A stretch of DNA of 64,000 nt from Mobula hypostoma (GCF_963921235.1 NC_086097.1:212166001-212230000), one strand, 5' to 3'. Positions 38,439-53,521 are shown, counted from the stretch's first letter. Notes: generated from the letters alone by a model not told the origin. Program-made: numbers and translations.

Positions 38439-39849
38439 CTAGTTAAGATGTAGATAAAATACTTACATTAGCAAATTACTTTGAATCAGTTTATTTTCAG
38501 ATTTATCCTTTATATTTTACTGGGAACCCACTGGCTGTTCAAAATAGAACTTCTGCTATTTTCCAACAAGTTCCAGACCAGTGAGCAATGCCTGGACTGC
38601 TGAGTTCCTCCAGCATTCTCTGTGTGTTCCTTAAAAAGTTTTTCCTTTTTCCTACAAAGCACATTGTACAATGAAAGACATTAAACCTTCACCAGAATTT
38701 ATTATTCAATTTAGCTCCATCCTGCTGGGAAAGTTTCCTCCTGTGAATCACAAATTCTGCAAAGGCTACTTTAACTAACTTCAAACAAATTTTTTTTATA
38801 TAAAAACGTCAAGGAATTGAATACAATTGCAAAGCCTTATTTCTACAAACAGGCCTGAACTATCTTCAGTAAACTAACAATTTGGTTATTCACAACAATT
38901 CCACTTTGAAGATCAAGAGATCTTGTTGCTGATTGGATAACAGGTTTCAAACATACTGTAGATAGACTGACTCCTTGTGGCCTGATTATTCCTTTCAGCA
39001 GCAAAAACCCCAACCAGATAGTTTAACTTCAGTGTCTTGATTTGATGTGTTATCTTTAATCTCTGAGAAGAAACAATGTAACATAAACAGACATCCCATC
39101 TATTGGCAACATGATACAATTTCCACTTTTTAATAATATGCTTTTGGGCCAATACAAAACTTGTGTGGTTCACAGTAAACCTTAGCACATTCTTTTGAAA
39201 TTTCTGTAAAACTTGTCAAGAAAGGCTCAGACTACAGTTTTTCAACTAGGGCTGACTATTAAAATTTCCTCTCAAGTTGCTATAACAAAGCCCTGAATTA
39301 AAGAGCTAAGTGAAAAACAACAACAAAAAAATACGATACAGAATCGATCCAGGCACCAAACTTGGCCTGAAATTCAATTCCATCCCTTCTAGCAAACTGT
39401 TCGTTGCTCACCGAATTTGAATGAATTCTTAGGCCAGTCGACTTTGCAAAATCCTCCTCACAAATATTTGGGGATCAATTGGGAAAACTATCTCACAAAC
39501 TTGCAAAGCAAAAGCCTAATGTAGTTGTACTCACAGAATACACTTGATAGACTATATGCTAGATCACAATGCAATTCCTGGGTATGTCTTATCCACCAAC
39601 AAGACAAACATATCAAAATTGGTGGTGTAGTGGTATATCTGAGGGACTAGCCCCAAGAGTCATCAATACTAACTCTGGACACCATCGGGTCAAACATGGA
39701 CAAGGAAACCTCCTGATTGTTATTTCACCACCTTCCTTCAACTGATGAATCAATGCTTCTTCTGTTAAGTAACAGTTGGAAAAAGCACTGAAGATAGCAA
39801 TGACAAAAATGCTACAGGTGGAGGCTAGTGCCTACCATAAAATGGATTA

Positions 39850-40415
39850 CACAGAACATATAACGTAGAAATCTACAGCACAATTACAGGCCCTTCGGCC
39901 CACAATGTTGTGCCGACCAAGTAACCTACTCTAGAAACTGCCTAGAATTTTCCTAGTGCAGAGCCCTCTATTTTTCTAAGCTCCATGTACCTATCTAAGA
40001 GGCTCTAAAATCCCTTATTATATCCGCTTCCACCACTGCTACCGGCAGTGCATTCCGCGCACCCATCACTCTCCGTGTGAAAAACCTACACTGGACATCC
40101 CCTCGGTATCTATTTCCAAGCACCTTTGTGTTAGCCATTTCAACTCTGGGGAAAAAGCCTCTGGCTATCCACGCGATCACTGCCCCTCATCATCTTATAC
40201 ACCTCCATCAGGTCACCTCTCATTCTCCGTCACTCCAAGGAGAAAAGGCCAAGTACACTCAACCTATTCTCATACGGCATGCTCCCCAATCCAGGCAGCA
40301 TCCTTGTAAATCTCCTCTGCACTCTCTCTATAGTATCCACATCCTTCCTGTAGTGAGGTGACCAGAACTGAATACAGTACTCCAAGTGGGGTCTGACCAA
40401 GGTCTTGTATAGCTA
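39850..40415 (-). mobile_element. CR1 3' fragment
   Basis: Minus-strand ttggagtactgtattcagttctggtcacc (LEYCIQFWS); (ttctatgt)-type tail at 39852-39870. Confidence 0.8.
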
Positions 40416-40703
40416 TTGTGAGCACCAGAACAGAATGAACTAGCTAAGTCCTGAATGACATACAGCTACCAGATTACTGTGGCAGAGTACAAGAGTAATA
40501 AACTACCTCAGCTTTGTCTTCACCAATCTACCTGTGGAAGGTGCATTAGTCTATAAAATCACAGGTAGAAACGAGCACTGCAGTGCTCATGAAGGCAAAG
40601 TTACATAGTCACAGGAATACCCTACATCATATGTGACACTGCAAATGTGCTAAATGGAACAGACTTGGAACAGATCCAGCAGCTCAGAACTAGGTATCCA
40701 CGA

Positions 40704-41283
<580 letters not shown>

Positions 41284-44205
41284 CTGACTAGTGGGTCAAA
41301 CAATAGTTTTTGCTGACTGCAGATCATGATCTCTTGGGTGCTTTGCTATTGATTGGAGGATGGTGGGCACTGATGCTTTTTGCTGAAATGAGCGCAGAGT
41401 GTTAATACTTGCTGCTGCTTGTGCAGGGGAGGGGAGGGAGAAGGGAGGCTTTGGGTTTCTAACGTTTTTCTGTCATTCATTCTTTTGGGGTTCTGTCTTT
41501 CGTGGATGTCTACAAAGACAAGTATTTCAGGTTGCATACTGTATACATTCTCTGATAATAAATGGATCCATATGAACCATAATTGTGGGTAAATTGCATA
41601 AATACTGTGTAATAGAGCTAAGCTGTTACCTGACCAATGACTCAGTTCGAAGCTCCTGTGGTCGATGTACTACCACATGTGGTCATGGATGCTGCTGTAT
41701 AAATAAACACCTAAGAGGAGGAGGGGCTAGCATGTGAATGTTGAAAAGAGAAAAGTTCAAAACAAAGTCCTTCTGAAGTATCAAATCAATGACCCATTTT
41801 GGTTTCTTGATGCCATGAACCAGGGAGATGTAAAACCAACTGAATTCATTCCACACGATTATCAGCAAAAGCTTTGTGAGCAGTGAATTCAGCAAAGGCA
41901 ATGGGTCCTGCCATTATACCAGCTAATACAGAAGATCAGTTCTAATCAAGTTGTTCCAGTAGTTACAACACTGGCAACTAACCAATGTAGAAAGTTCGCT
42001 GGGTACATCGTGTTCACAGAAAAACCCAGAACAAATCCAATGGAGCTAAATGTCACTCAATCGGGTCACAACCATCAGTGAGGTGACAACACAATCAAGC
42101 AGCACGCACTTACTGATATTTAGTCCAGTCCATGAAAGCCTAGACTCTAGGAAAACAAGCAATCTGCTGGATGAACTCATCTGGCTGAGCAGTATTCTGT
42201 CATGATAAAATCTAATCATCTACTCGTAATAACATTCAATGGCATTGTCTCTGTGTAACCTTATTTTATTCTATTATTACAATGACACTGGAGGTAGCCA
42301 CTTGATCCATTGGGTGCATGCTGCCCTTCCACCCCCAGCGAAGCAATTTTGTTAATCCCATCTCCTTCTCTGTACTTCGCTGTATTTTTCTTAATTTTCC
42401 TGGGAGAGGGATGTAAGGGACATGTGACTGAAGTGACTTATGTAGACTTACACAAGATGTTTTATAAGGTGCTACAAAATAGATTTGGCTTTGAGAATAA
42501 AAACTGTGGATCTGTCAGAAAACTGGCTAAGTGATAGGAAACAAAGAGATGTAGTGAAAGGCACTTTACAGAGTGGAGGGAAGTATGCACTGGAATATCC
42601 AAGGTCATAGCACTAGGACCATTAGTTCTAATAGATTAATTATTTGGATGGGTCTACAGAGCACAACTGCCATATTGTCAGATAATACATAACATGGTGG
42701 TGCAATGTACCGCAAGTGTGACAGTATAATTGAGTTGAAAAAGATATGAACAGGTTGGTGAATGGTAAAGAGGTGACAGATATAAAGTATTACATTATGT
42801 TTCAAAGGCCCAATTCAGAAGTTCAAGTTTAATTGTTATTTTACCATAAATGAACACCCATGAGTACAGCCAAGTAAAACAGTGTTACTCCGGGGCCAAG
42901 GTGCAAAACACAGTACTAACAGTCACACACAGCTCAAGGCACACATAGCACGTATAAGGTTGCAAGCACATATCCGTAAAATATAGTCACACCAAAAGAA
43001 AATATAGTCCAAGACCCCAAGTCCATGAATTTTGCAGAAATCTGCAGTTGACCACAATGTAGCTTGTCTTCTGCTGAGCGATCACTAGTGGGCATTACAC
43101 ACTCCAGCATGGAAACCGTGCCATGCTTTCTCTGATGGAGCGCACTGACCTCAACACCTCTCACCTGCGCAGCTGTAAACAGGCAACACCACAGCCTGAG
43201 GCCTAGTCTTCGTTATGACTTAGGCCACGCAGACTCCTTGTCATCCGACAATAAATCAGTGAATCAGGCTTGCTGCATTCCACATTAACAATGTCCAACA
43301 GGGTCTTGCAATCACAAGAAAAGTGACTAAGTCGATCATTCGCTGTTAGACTGCATACCACCTTCACACACCGACTCCTCAGATTCTCCTCTGATGCAAG
43401 CAGCAACACAATCTAAACCAACTGCAGCTCCTACAGTATCTCTGTGAATCAGCAACTCACTGATGAGGTAGACCTACAATTCTTCAATTTTGTAATGTCC
43501 AGAAAGGTCTTGTGATTATAAAAAATGTTTAAAAAGAACACACCACCTTTGATTGACTGTGTAAAGCCACTACGATTGAACAGGCCGTCATCTCAAAGTA
43601 AGGTCCAAGTGCAGACTATGCATGGTTTAGCAGAAGGGAAGGGAAAACGCAGAGGGATCAACAGCAAGAGAAACAGGGGGCAGGATGAAGGATCAGGCAA
43701 TAGGGCAAAGAAGAAAATGCCCTGGGGCAAGAGGAGGATCGGGCAAGGGAGAATTGAACAGGAGGTGTGTTAGGTGAAATACACACAGAGGGAAGGAGAT
43801 GGAAAGGGAGAGAAAGAGAAAATAAAAATGAAGAATAAAAGAAAAGAACAGTGAGACAGGGCACAAAGTCTTGAAATGTCCCAAACAGGATGTCCAGTCC
43901 TTATTCCTTGAATTTGGGGGGGGTTCCAGATGTGGTCGTATTTGCCATTTCCTTTTATAGGTCTGAAGCAGTATCCCCATCATCTTCCCTCCCTTGTTTC
44001 CCTGTTTTTTCTCTCTTTCTCTCTTGTAATAAGTGCTTACCTTTGAACATTTAAATGCAATAAAACATGAAATTTGCTCACATTAATTTTATTGTTAGAA
44101 TCAATCTGCTCTCTCACAAGATTAAATATGGCATATGCATAATAGAATTCAACAGTTCATTGACAAGATTATAACCAAGGAAAATAAATGGAAATATCAA
44201 CCTAC

Positions 44206-44256
44206 TCTTTCAATTTTATATGGAGCCACCACACTTTGTTCTTTGATTAAACAGAT
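44206..44256 (-). CDS. NSMAF: NSMAF exon 6 (51 nt)
   Basis: ttttag|ATC ... GAAAGA|gtaggt; ICLIKEQSVVAPYKIER. Confidence 0.93.
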
Positions 44257-45129
44257 CTAAAAGAGAATTATAATTAAAAACAATTAATGCTTTTATAAAA
44301 TACTAGAGTTCGCATTTCAAACTTGCAGCCATCAACTGTGATTTCAATATTAATTACTTGTATGCAGATCAGGGAATTCCAGATCAGTGAAGCAAAATGC
44401 AGTATAAACAAGTTAATTCTAATGAATGCTTTGAAGTACTTCAATAACAAGATCTTCTTCTCACTTTGTAATTTCCTCCAGCTCCATAAACTACGTAAGA
44501 TATCCGTAATTCTTTAATTCAGATCTGTTGCTCATCCCCTAATTTTATTGTTCCACCACAGGTGCCATATTTTCAGCTGGCAAAGCCCTCAGAAAGCCCT
44601 TCAGCTCCCTGCCCAGTTCAGATAGACGTTTTCTTTCAAAAACGTGTAATGTCACTGTTAGGTAAAATGCATCTATGTCAATAATTCTGGGACTCATTTC
44701 CAAAAGGTGCAACTTAGGTTCCATGCTGCTGTGTTGGAGACCAGCCTACTTGAACATCGAATCCTAATGCAGCCAAATTCAAATCCAAGGACCAAGATTT
44801 TAAAGCATTTACCACGCCCAACACTCAAGCTTCCAAGTTGCAGACACAAGGCAACTGAAGCTAGCTATGCCAGTATCCTTGCTTCATCCATCCAGAAATC
44901 CAGATAATCTCAAGTAACTTCCTGCCAGCAGAGGAGAATTAGTCCCAGTCAAGCATCATTGTCAGCACCTGTGTTTTTTTTTTGACCATTGCTATAGCCT
45001 TCGCATATTACCATTACTATCTTTGGTTCCAAAGCTAAATGAGAGCAACAGATCAAATACAGAAGGAAAGGAAGGGCAAGGGAAGCGAAGATTAAAATGA
45101 AAAGGATCCACTGAGTAGTAAAAGGAATT

Positions 45130-45760
45130 CACTTTTAAATTTCCTTCAGCTGAAGGGAATTTTGAGCAAGGTGAAAAATGGCATCATATGTGCTTGGCAG
45201 GAAAGTGTGCATTGGAGGCAGAGAAGCGAGCTCCAAGCCACCATGGAGCATATTGGAAAATGAGTATTGCATATAACATCTGAAAACCAAAGATCCTTGA
45301 GCAATCCGCTAAACTGCAAATAAACCTGACAATACAGACCCACAAAAAGACATTAGAAAAACTAGGGCCACACCATAATAAAGGTAGATTTTCATGATGA
45401 AATTTACCATGACTTTCAGAATGTCATCTGAAGAGAAAAATGTTTGAAAATTTCCAAATATACTGCTAGGATAAGCGAATATTGTCCCCACAAGCATCCT
45501 CAGAATTGAAGTCTTAATTACATTTCCTTAGCTCCAATGGATAGGGCACATAACTCGCATGCTTGACACCAAACTTTCAAATCAGACACTCTGTTTTGAG
45601 ATCTTTTACTGCAAGAAAATACCTAGAGTACAAAGAAAGTGAGGCAAGGCTGTTCTCGAAACCTATTTGAAATACCAAAAACATTGTCAACGAAAGCGTG
45701 GCCTAAGAGTGTTGAGTATTGAAGAGGAGCATTCAGGGTGGTACTAAGAACCTTGAATCT
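45130..45760 (+). mobile_element. very old RTE-clade LINE 3' remnant
   Basis: Degenerate translation QWIGHITRMLDTKLSNQTL..., resembling the RTE LRW.GHV.RM...R.P motif. Confidence 0.5.
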
Positions 45761-45912
45761 GTTTGTTTCACATTATAAAGTGGAAAATCTCATAAACTAG
45801 CCATTGCTACCCCATCAAGCACCTCTTTTCCCTCCTTTGGCAAACTGTGGGCCCCACACTGGCCTCGTCAGCTGTATCAGAATCCCAAAGAATTAAATTG
45901 AGAATTTCTTAC

Positions 45913-45949
45913 CTGATGGCATGTAATGCAGAATCCACAAATCCGATTT
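45913..45949 (-). CDS. NSMAF: NSMAF exon 5 (37 nt)
   Basis: ttccag|A ... CATCAG|gtaaga; (E)NRICGFCITCHQ; restores the frame between exons 4 and 6; preceded by a 91-nt intron. Confidence 0.8.
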
Positions 45950-46040
45950 CTGGAAGGCATGATTTCATTACAAATAAACATAAATTCATATCGTACTTCA
46001 AATTAAATGTTTACCTACATAGGACTGAAGCTGAACTTAC

Positions 46041-46108
46041 TCTTCAAAAGGATTACCAGAGTTCTTATCTTCAATCTCTTCAATTCTGCTGCAATCTCTA
46101 AAAGGGAA
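46041..46108 (-). CDS. NSMAF: NSMAF exon 4 (68 nt)
   Basis: tgtag|TTC ... GAAGA|gtaagt; FPFRDCSRIEEIEDKNSGNPFE(E), cf. FAN IPLRDC. Confidence 0.88.
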
Positions 46109-46589
46109 CTACAAATTTTCCAATGTTAGCAGTCTCAACAGTACAGTTCTCTAAAGTTATGAGGATGAGCATTCAAATAAGTACTGTGAATCTCACTGAA
46201 TCAGTAGGGACTTGTAAATATAAAAGATCTTTATTGAACACAAGCATATCTTCTGGAGAACCTATTTCAACTCTCTCCACACTCAACAGTACAGTAATGA
46301 TCGATAGTTTTTAAACATAAACACAACAACAAATGATGAACTACAGTTTCAAGGCTATAATTATCTACTTTACCATTTTGGGTGTAAACTGGTAACTTTT
46401 GCAGAATAACAAAAACAAATGGCAGAACTCCTTTGAATATCCAAATACCAGTGGCTGGTCTGAGGGGTTCTGAACACATTTACATCAGACACTCAAAATA
46501 TTTTAAACTTTTGTTACAGTAGAGGGATAGCTCCCTGGATGTACAAACAGCCAGAGTATTAAATAACAAACCAGACAAATCCTGAACTG

Positions 46590-47297
46590 CACATTCAGTG
46601 GCAGCGATACAACAGTGATTACTTGGGAGACATATAGAGTCAATAGAAGTGAGGCAAAGCACCATCAACTGCATAGACCCTGTACAGATTGCAGAGGAGG
46701 TGTTCGGTACCCTGAGGCAAATCAGGATGGATAAATCCCTAGAGCCTGACAAAGTGTTCCTTTGGACGCTACTGAAGGCAAGTGCAGAAATTGCCAGGGC
46801 CCAAGCAGAAATAGTTAAATATCCTTAGCGACAGGAGAGGTGCCAGAGGATTGGAGGATAACCAATGTTGTTCTGCTGTTTAAAATAAAGGGTCTAAACA
46901 GGAACCAGGAAATTATAGGCCAGTGAGTCTGACATCAGTTGTGGGAAAGTTATTGGAAGGTATTCTAAGGAACTGTAAATTTAAGTATTTGGAAAGTCAT
47001 GAACTGATTAAGGATAGTCACCGTGGCTTCCTGTGTGGTAGATCATGTCTAACCATTCTTATAGAGGTTTTCAACGAAGTTACCAGGAAAGTGGATGAAG
47101 GCAAAGACAGTGACTGTTGTCGATACAGACCTTAGCAAGGCATTTGACAAGGTCCCACATGGGAGGCTGGTCAAGAAGGTTGTCGCTCGGCACTCAGGAT
47201 GAGAAAGTAAATTGAATTAGACATTGGTTTTGTGGGAGAAGCCAGAGAGTGATAGTAGAGGATTACCTCTCTGACTGAAGGACTGTGACTAGTGGTG
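46590..47297 (+). mobile_element. CR1 RT fragment
   Basis: YRPVSLTSVVGKLLE, HRGFLCGRSCLT, KAFDKVPH. Confidence 0.82.
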
Positions 47298-48645
47298 GCC
47301 AACTCTTCTCTCATGCCTCTAATACTCTTTACTCCACCGTAATACTGATACATCTGACTTTAGCTTCTACTTCTCAAATTTCAGGATGAATTCAATCATA
47401 TTATGTTCACTTTCCCCTAAAGGTTCTTTTACCCTAAGCTCTTTAATCAATTTTGGGTCATTGCACAACATCCATTCCAGAATAGCTGACTGTCTAGTGG
47501 CTGAACCACAATTTACTCTAAAAAACTATTTCACAGATACTCTAGAAGTTCCCCCCTCCTGGAATCCAGCACCTGATTTTCTCAATCTACCTACATATTG
47601 AAGTCCCCCATAACTACTGTAACATTGTCCTTTTGGCATGCATTTTCTATCTCCCGTTGTAATTTGTAGGCCACATCCTTACCACCGTATACAACTCCCT
47701 TCAGGATCTTATTAACTTTGCAGTTCCTTAGCTCTATCCACAATGATTCAACACTTTTTGACCCTATGTCACCTCTTTCTAATGATTTGATTTCATTGTT
47801 TACCAACAGAACAATGCCGCCCCCTCTGCCTTCCTGCCCGTCCTTTCGATACAATGTGTATCCTTGGACATTAAGCTCCCAGCTATAACCTTCTTTTAGC
47901 CATGATTCAGTGATGCCTACAAAATCATGCCTGCCAATCTGCAACAGTGCTGCAAGTTCATCTACCTTATTCCATATACTGTGCGCATTCAAATATAACA
48001 CCTTCAGTCCTGTATTCAACCTTTGTGGTTTTGTGCTCCTTTTACATTGCAACTCATCCTGTTGACTGCAATTTTGCCCTATCAACAGCCTCTCCTCACT
48101 ACACATTCCCTCTATTTGTAAACCAGTTACCTCATCTTCAGCTCTATTATTCACTTTCCTTTGATATTTCTTGCATTGAAATACATGCAGCTTATGACGC
48201 TAGTCACACCATGCTCAACCTTTCCACTTCTAACTTTGTCTGAGGTCTTACCAAGATCTGCCTCCACAACTTCTCCACTAACTGTTCTGGCACTCCAGTT
48301 ACCATCCCCCTACAACTCTAGTTTAAACCCCACCGAGCAACATTAACAAATCTTTCTGCTAGGGTATTAGCCCCCCCACCCCCAGTTTTCTGTACAGGTC
48401 CCATCCTTCCTGGGAAGACAGGCCAGTGATCCAAAAATCTTATGCCCTTCCTTCAACACCAACTTCCTAGCCACATATTAGACTGTATAATCTTCCTAGT
48501 TGTGGCTTCACAAGCATGTGGCACAGGTAGCAATCCTGAGATCACAACCCAGGAGTTCTGCCTTTTAACTTAGTTCCTAACTCCCTATGCAGGACCTCGT
48601 TAGCTGCCCTACCCATATCATTGGTATCTACATGGACCACAACTT
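47298..48645 (-). mobile_element. CR1 ORF1-end and endonuclease fragment
   Basis: LNAHSIWNKVDEL, VGITESWL, GRGGGIVLLV, VVMGDFNM. Confidence 0.85.
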
Positions 48646-48649
48646 CTGA

Positions 48650-49045
48650 TAGGGCAAAAAGGGTAAATTTGATAAAGGGATACAAAATTATGAGGGGTAT
48701 AGATAGAATAAATGCAAACAGGCTTTTTCCACTGAGGTCAGACAGGATTACAGCCAGAGGTCATGGGATAAGTGTGAAAGGTGAGAAGTTTAAAAGGAGC
48801 AAGAGGGGAAACTTGTTTCACTCAGAGGGTCGTGAGTGTGCGGAATGATCTGCCAGTACAAATGGTGTATGCGAGTTTAATTTCAATGTTTAAAAGAAGT
48901 TTGGAGAGGTACATGGATAGTAGAGATATGGAGGGCTAAGGTCCCGGTGCAGGTTGATGGGAGTAGGCAGTTTAAATGGTTTTGGCATGGGCTAGATGAG
49001 CCGAACAGCCTGTTTCTGTGCTGTACTTCTCTGTGACTATAACTG
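48650..49045 (+). mobile_element. CR1 3' end fragment
   Basis: YKIMRGIDRIN...LFPL...TARGHG; 3' hairpin gatgagccgaacagcctgtttct. Confidence 0.8.
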
Positions 49046-49164
49046 TTACGATAGTACAGAATCAGAATTCCCACACTGGATGATTGGATTCAATGGCCTT
49101 AAAGTAATTTTACAAAGACTGGTTCTTGTTTAAATTGATACCCGACATCCAAATAATTCCATGT

Positions 49165-49945
49165 AGACCATAAGACATAGTAGAAGCAGAATTAGGCCAT
49201 TTAGCCGTTAAGTCTGCTCTGTCATTCCATCATAGTTATCCCTTTCTCTTGAACCCTTAAAAATCAAGAAACTGTCAACCTCTGCTTTAAATATACCCAA
49301 TGACTTAACCTCCACAGCCATCAATGGCAATGCATTCCATTGATTCACAACCTGTCTAGAGACATTTCTCATCTTTATTCTAAAGGGATATCCTTCTGTT
49401 CTGAGCCTCTGCCCTCTAGTCCTAGATTCCTGCACTATAGGAAACATCCTCTCTACATCCACTCTATCTAGGCCTTTCAACGTTCGATTGGTTTTCAATT
49501 AGATTCCTCCCTCATTCTTTTAAACTCCAGTAAATGCATGCCCCAAGACATCAAATGCTCCTCATATGTTAACCCTTTCACTCCTGGAATTACTTTTGTG
49601 AACCTCCTCTGGACCCTCTCCAATGCTAGCACATCTTTTCATAGACAAGGAGCTCAAAACTTCAAATGAGGACTGACCAATGCCTTATAAAGCCTCAACA
49701 TTACATTCTTGCTTATATTATACTCCACTCAAAATAAATGCTAACTTTGCATTTCTCTTCCTTATAATAGTCTCAACCTACTTTGAGGGCAAGGGTTCCC
49801 AGCCTCTTTAATGTCATGCAGCCTTAACAATAATCGAGGGGTCCATGAACCCCGAGTTGCAAACCCCAGCTTTAGAGTATCCTGCACGAGGTCTACCAAG
49901 TCGCTTTGCACCTCTGACTTCTGAATTTTCTCCTCGTTTGGATAA
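49165..49945 (-). mobile_element. CR1 3' fragment with a nested 80-bp hAT-type MITE (49790-49869)
   Basis: KGLDRVDVERMFP...SRTRG; MITE ends caagggttcccagcct / gagttgcaaaccccag. Confidence 0.75.
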
Positions 49946-50424
49946 TGTTTTTGCTCCTCTTCATGCCTTGTGGCGCATCGTGCAGCATTTTTGCCATTTC
50001 TGTAGCATTTGACTGTTTTTTTATAAGGTCGAATTGTTAGCTCAAAGCGCAACCCAGCACAGATGGAAAGAAGGCTATGAGCTGGCTGGATTCATACTTA
50101 GGACCACTTGCCTCGAAATCCAGTGCTGACGCAATTACACCACCAGGCAAAATAATTACTTGGTACATGAACAACTGCCAATAAATATACGACAAACTAT
50201 AAATGCATTCTTCAAAATTAAAATGGAAATATTTCCACCCTCTTTTAAAATTGTACAGATATGAAGTAATTTTAGGAATTGGGTTTTAATACAGCAATCC
50301 TCATAACGAGGCTGTCTTATGAGAATAGGTTGCATGCAATTGTTCTCACTATGAACCTTGCATATTTTCAATATTGAAAATGGGTTTAAATTCCTAAAAT
50401 GCATCTCCTCACACATGTATTCAC

Positions 50425-50710
50425 ACAGCTGCAGAATGGAAGGATGTCCCTTTAGAACACAGATGAGAAGAAACTTCTTTAGCCAAAGGGTGGTGAATCT
50501 GTGGAATTCATTGCCACAGACAACTGCGGAGGCCAAGTCACTGGGTATATTTAAAGAGGAGGTTGATAGAATTTTGATCAGTAAGGGCAAAGTTTATAGG
50601 GAAAAGGCAAGAAAATTAGGTTGAGAGGGAAAATTAATCAGTTATGATCGAATGTTGGAACAGACTCGACAGACTGAATGGCCTAATTCTGCTCCAATCT
50701 CTTATGGTTT
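50425..50710 (+). mobile_element. CR1 3' end fragment
   Basis: RRNFFSQRVVNLWNSLP; 3' hairpin and tcttatgg tail. Confidence 0.8.
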
Positions 50711-51872
50711 GATATTCATGGGTCAAGATGATGCTTCCAATGAGGACCCAATTCCCTCTCGAATTTGAATTTTCCAAGTTCCTAGACTTTCTACGGATCT
50801 TAGTATACTGCAGATTAAGTTCTCAAGCTCAGCTACTGAGTCTCTGTTCTGCCACTTAGTTGCTTAAATTTTACAGTGAATTTCATCAGCTTGGAGCTCA
50901 TTCTCAAACAGTTATGCCTGTAGCTGGCAGGCTGGTTTGACTTTTTTTTTCCGGTTTAAGCCATTTCTGTTTCCTGTCTAAATTACATACTTCAAAGATG
51001 AAATATACTTCTCCACTGCTTTTGAGTTATATGGCAATCTCCTTCTTCAACGATCATCTTTTATGACATACTACTGATTCTGCACACCTCCAAGAGCTAA
51101 CATCCCACAGAGATATTTTCACTGGCAAATTCTCCAATTTGTTGACTATTAAACTGGGTCTGTCATCTGTTATAGTTTAGCTACAATTCCATGTGCACTT
51201 CATGCTATGTTGATCAACTTCATCCCTTTACAGAACCTATTACTCTTCCATTTTCTTTTTCCCATAAACTTTCAGTGTACATTATACCCTAGTTCCTACA
51301 GAAACCTGTCCTTGGTAATGTGAGCTGCTCTTTGTGGCCATTCTTGTCCATGTGTTAACTATAATTCTGGAGGAATTCCAGACTTCAGGGCTTTGCTACT
51401 AAGTATTATAACTACTAAGTATGTCAAAATCCTAACTGTGCAAATATCTTTTAGTGTCAGGAGGTTGCAGCACATTGCAGAAGTAGAAAGGAATGAAATC
51501 ACAAGGACCTTTCAAAATAAGAATGAAAATATTTAAATAGATAAGGATTCAGTATTTTTCAACAAGCACTAATAAGCACACTTTAGAACAGGAGGAATCT
51601 GCCAATATTTGAAGTTAGATCTGACAGAATTATTTTTACGACTTGTCTCATTTGAAAAAAATACATTTTGAAAAAGTTAGAAATATAAAATTAGATGGAA
51701 ATTTGACCAATACAAAATTCTGTACATCTAAAAAAAAACCTGGTTATGAAAGAAGTACATCTTCCAAATTATTTTTCTTTGACTTCATCATTTCTAAGAC
51801 ACTAATCCATCCAAAAATTAAAGGTGATTAAGGATCCATCAATGCTCCATAATTTCCCTTTACGCTCTGTGC

Positions 51873-51953
51873 AAACTCCTTACAGGTAGTGGCAGGAATA
51901 GAACCCAGTTACTTATACTACAAAGTACTACACTAACCACTACACTACCGTGC
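51873..51953 (-). mobile_element. tRNA-derived SINE head
   Basis: Minus strand gcacggTAGTGTAGTGGttag (A box) ... GGTTCTATTCC (B box); not a full cloverleaf. Confidence 0.6.
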
Positions 51954-52067
51954 TATAACCACAACATTTCCTGCTTCTTTCATTCAAAATGAATGCAAAG
52001 TGTAAACCATTATCCAAAAGGGCGATGTAAAACATAGAACTCTACAAGATGCTACTGAGACGCTACC

Positions 52068-53050
52068 AGTTACGATGGTGCTATGGAATGTGCGCGACAG
52101 CTTCCTGACAGTCAAAAACCTAAGAAATCTGACTAAAAACGTCACTAAGGATACTGTTTCTAAGGTAAATTGCGTTGTTATTGCTGCAAACAGTGAAAGG
52201 GTGAGTTCGGGGGATGAATCGTTGCTGATGAAGTTCCAATACTCATACAGCTAGCCCAGGAGCAAGGCTGGATCACTCTGGACGCTGAAAGGATAGGTTG
52301 GGGACCAAGCAGAGGAGATTCAATTTCGATGCTTGTACAACTGGCCAAGGTGCAAGGTTGGATAACCTTGGGTGCCGAGCTGATGTGAAGGGCTTGAGAA
52401 TGACGTTGGGCTGGGCAATGAAATCTAGGCCCAGAGCGAGTGGCTAGGCAGCATGGTCTAGGCCCAGGGCCCTTCACAGCAGCAGTGCCTGGGTCCTAGT
52501 GCAAGTTTAAGACAATTTAAGTGTCAGCCCAGATTGTAGGGGAGAGCCAATTTTGCTCATTCTCTGTGAACTTCAGTCCTCTCTCCAGGGTGCCAGAGCC
52601 TTTCGTTTTTCCATTATTTGGTCAACTTAAACGCCAGCCCAGATAGACTGTTAAGACAGGGTGTTGGTCAGGAGGAGAGCCGAATTTGCTCATTCTCTGC
52701 GATGGTCATCTGCACAGTGTTGAGGCTATGAAAGCTGCCCCGGCTGCTGTGCTCCGTGCCCACTAACATGATGAACTGATAACCAAGGCATTGGGCCCAT
52801 CCCGGGCTGCTCCAGGGTTCGGATCTGAGGACTCATTTTGGTTCGGAATGGTGTTGTTCGCTTCAATTTTTTTGCATGATTTGTGTTTTTTTCTTTCTCT
52901 TACACACCAAGTGTTAGTCTTTCATTTGTATTCTTTTTTTAATTTGGGTTCTTTCAGGTTTCTTGCTTTGTGGCTACCTGTGAGCAAGCAAGTCTCAACA
53001 TTGTATAATTTATGCATTCTTTGATAATAAATGCACTTGAACCTTAAGAA
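52068..53050 (+). mobile_element. about 1-kb non-coding retroposon-like element; second copy inverted at 53522-55433
   Basis: Starts gttacgatggtgct, ends gataataaatgcacttgaacc; the reverse complement of 53522-55433 shares both ends and internal blocks. Confidence 0.65.
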
Positions 53051-53521
53051 TTTGAATTTCAAACTACAACACGGCCAATTCAAAAAGTTTATTATATACA
53101 ATGTAGATTTTGTTCAACTAGTCAGAGGAAATACGCCAACATCCGTACCCGTCTGACAGCACTCTGTTGCTACTTTTTATTATCTGCTTCACAGGTCCTT
53201 TCTCTCTTCATTTTCCCAACAGCTTTGATCCTTTTTTTGTGTCTTTTTGCATATGTCCCCTTCTTTTGTTTTTCTTTAGAAAGGTAGCCACTGGTTGGAG
53301 TGAAGTTCCATAAAAATAGGGGGCAGAAGTGTGTGAAGTGGCCATTACTAGGAAAAAAGTTATTTGGAAACTGGAAGGCCTGAAGGTAGATCAGTCACCT
53401 GAAACAGATGGCATACAGCCCTGTGTTCTGAAAGAGGTGCTGAAGAGATTGTGGGGGTATTAGTAATGATCTTTCAAGGATCAATTGACCCTGGCATGGT
53501 TCTGCCACTCCACTCTTCACA

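Noticed and set aside
51873..51953. tRNA gene
   Set aside because: A and B boxes are present but there is no acceptor or anticodon stem pairing; it continues into SINE-type sequence
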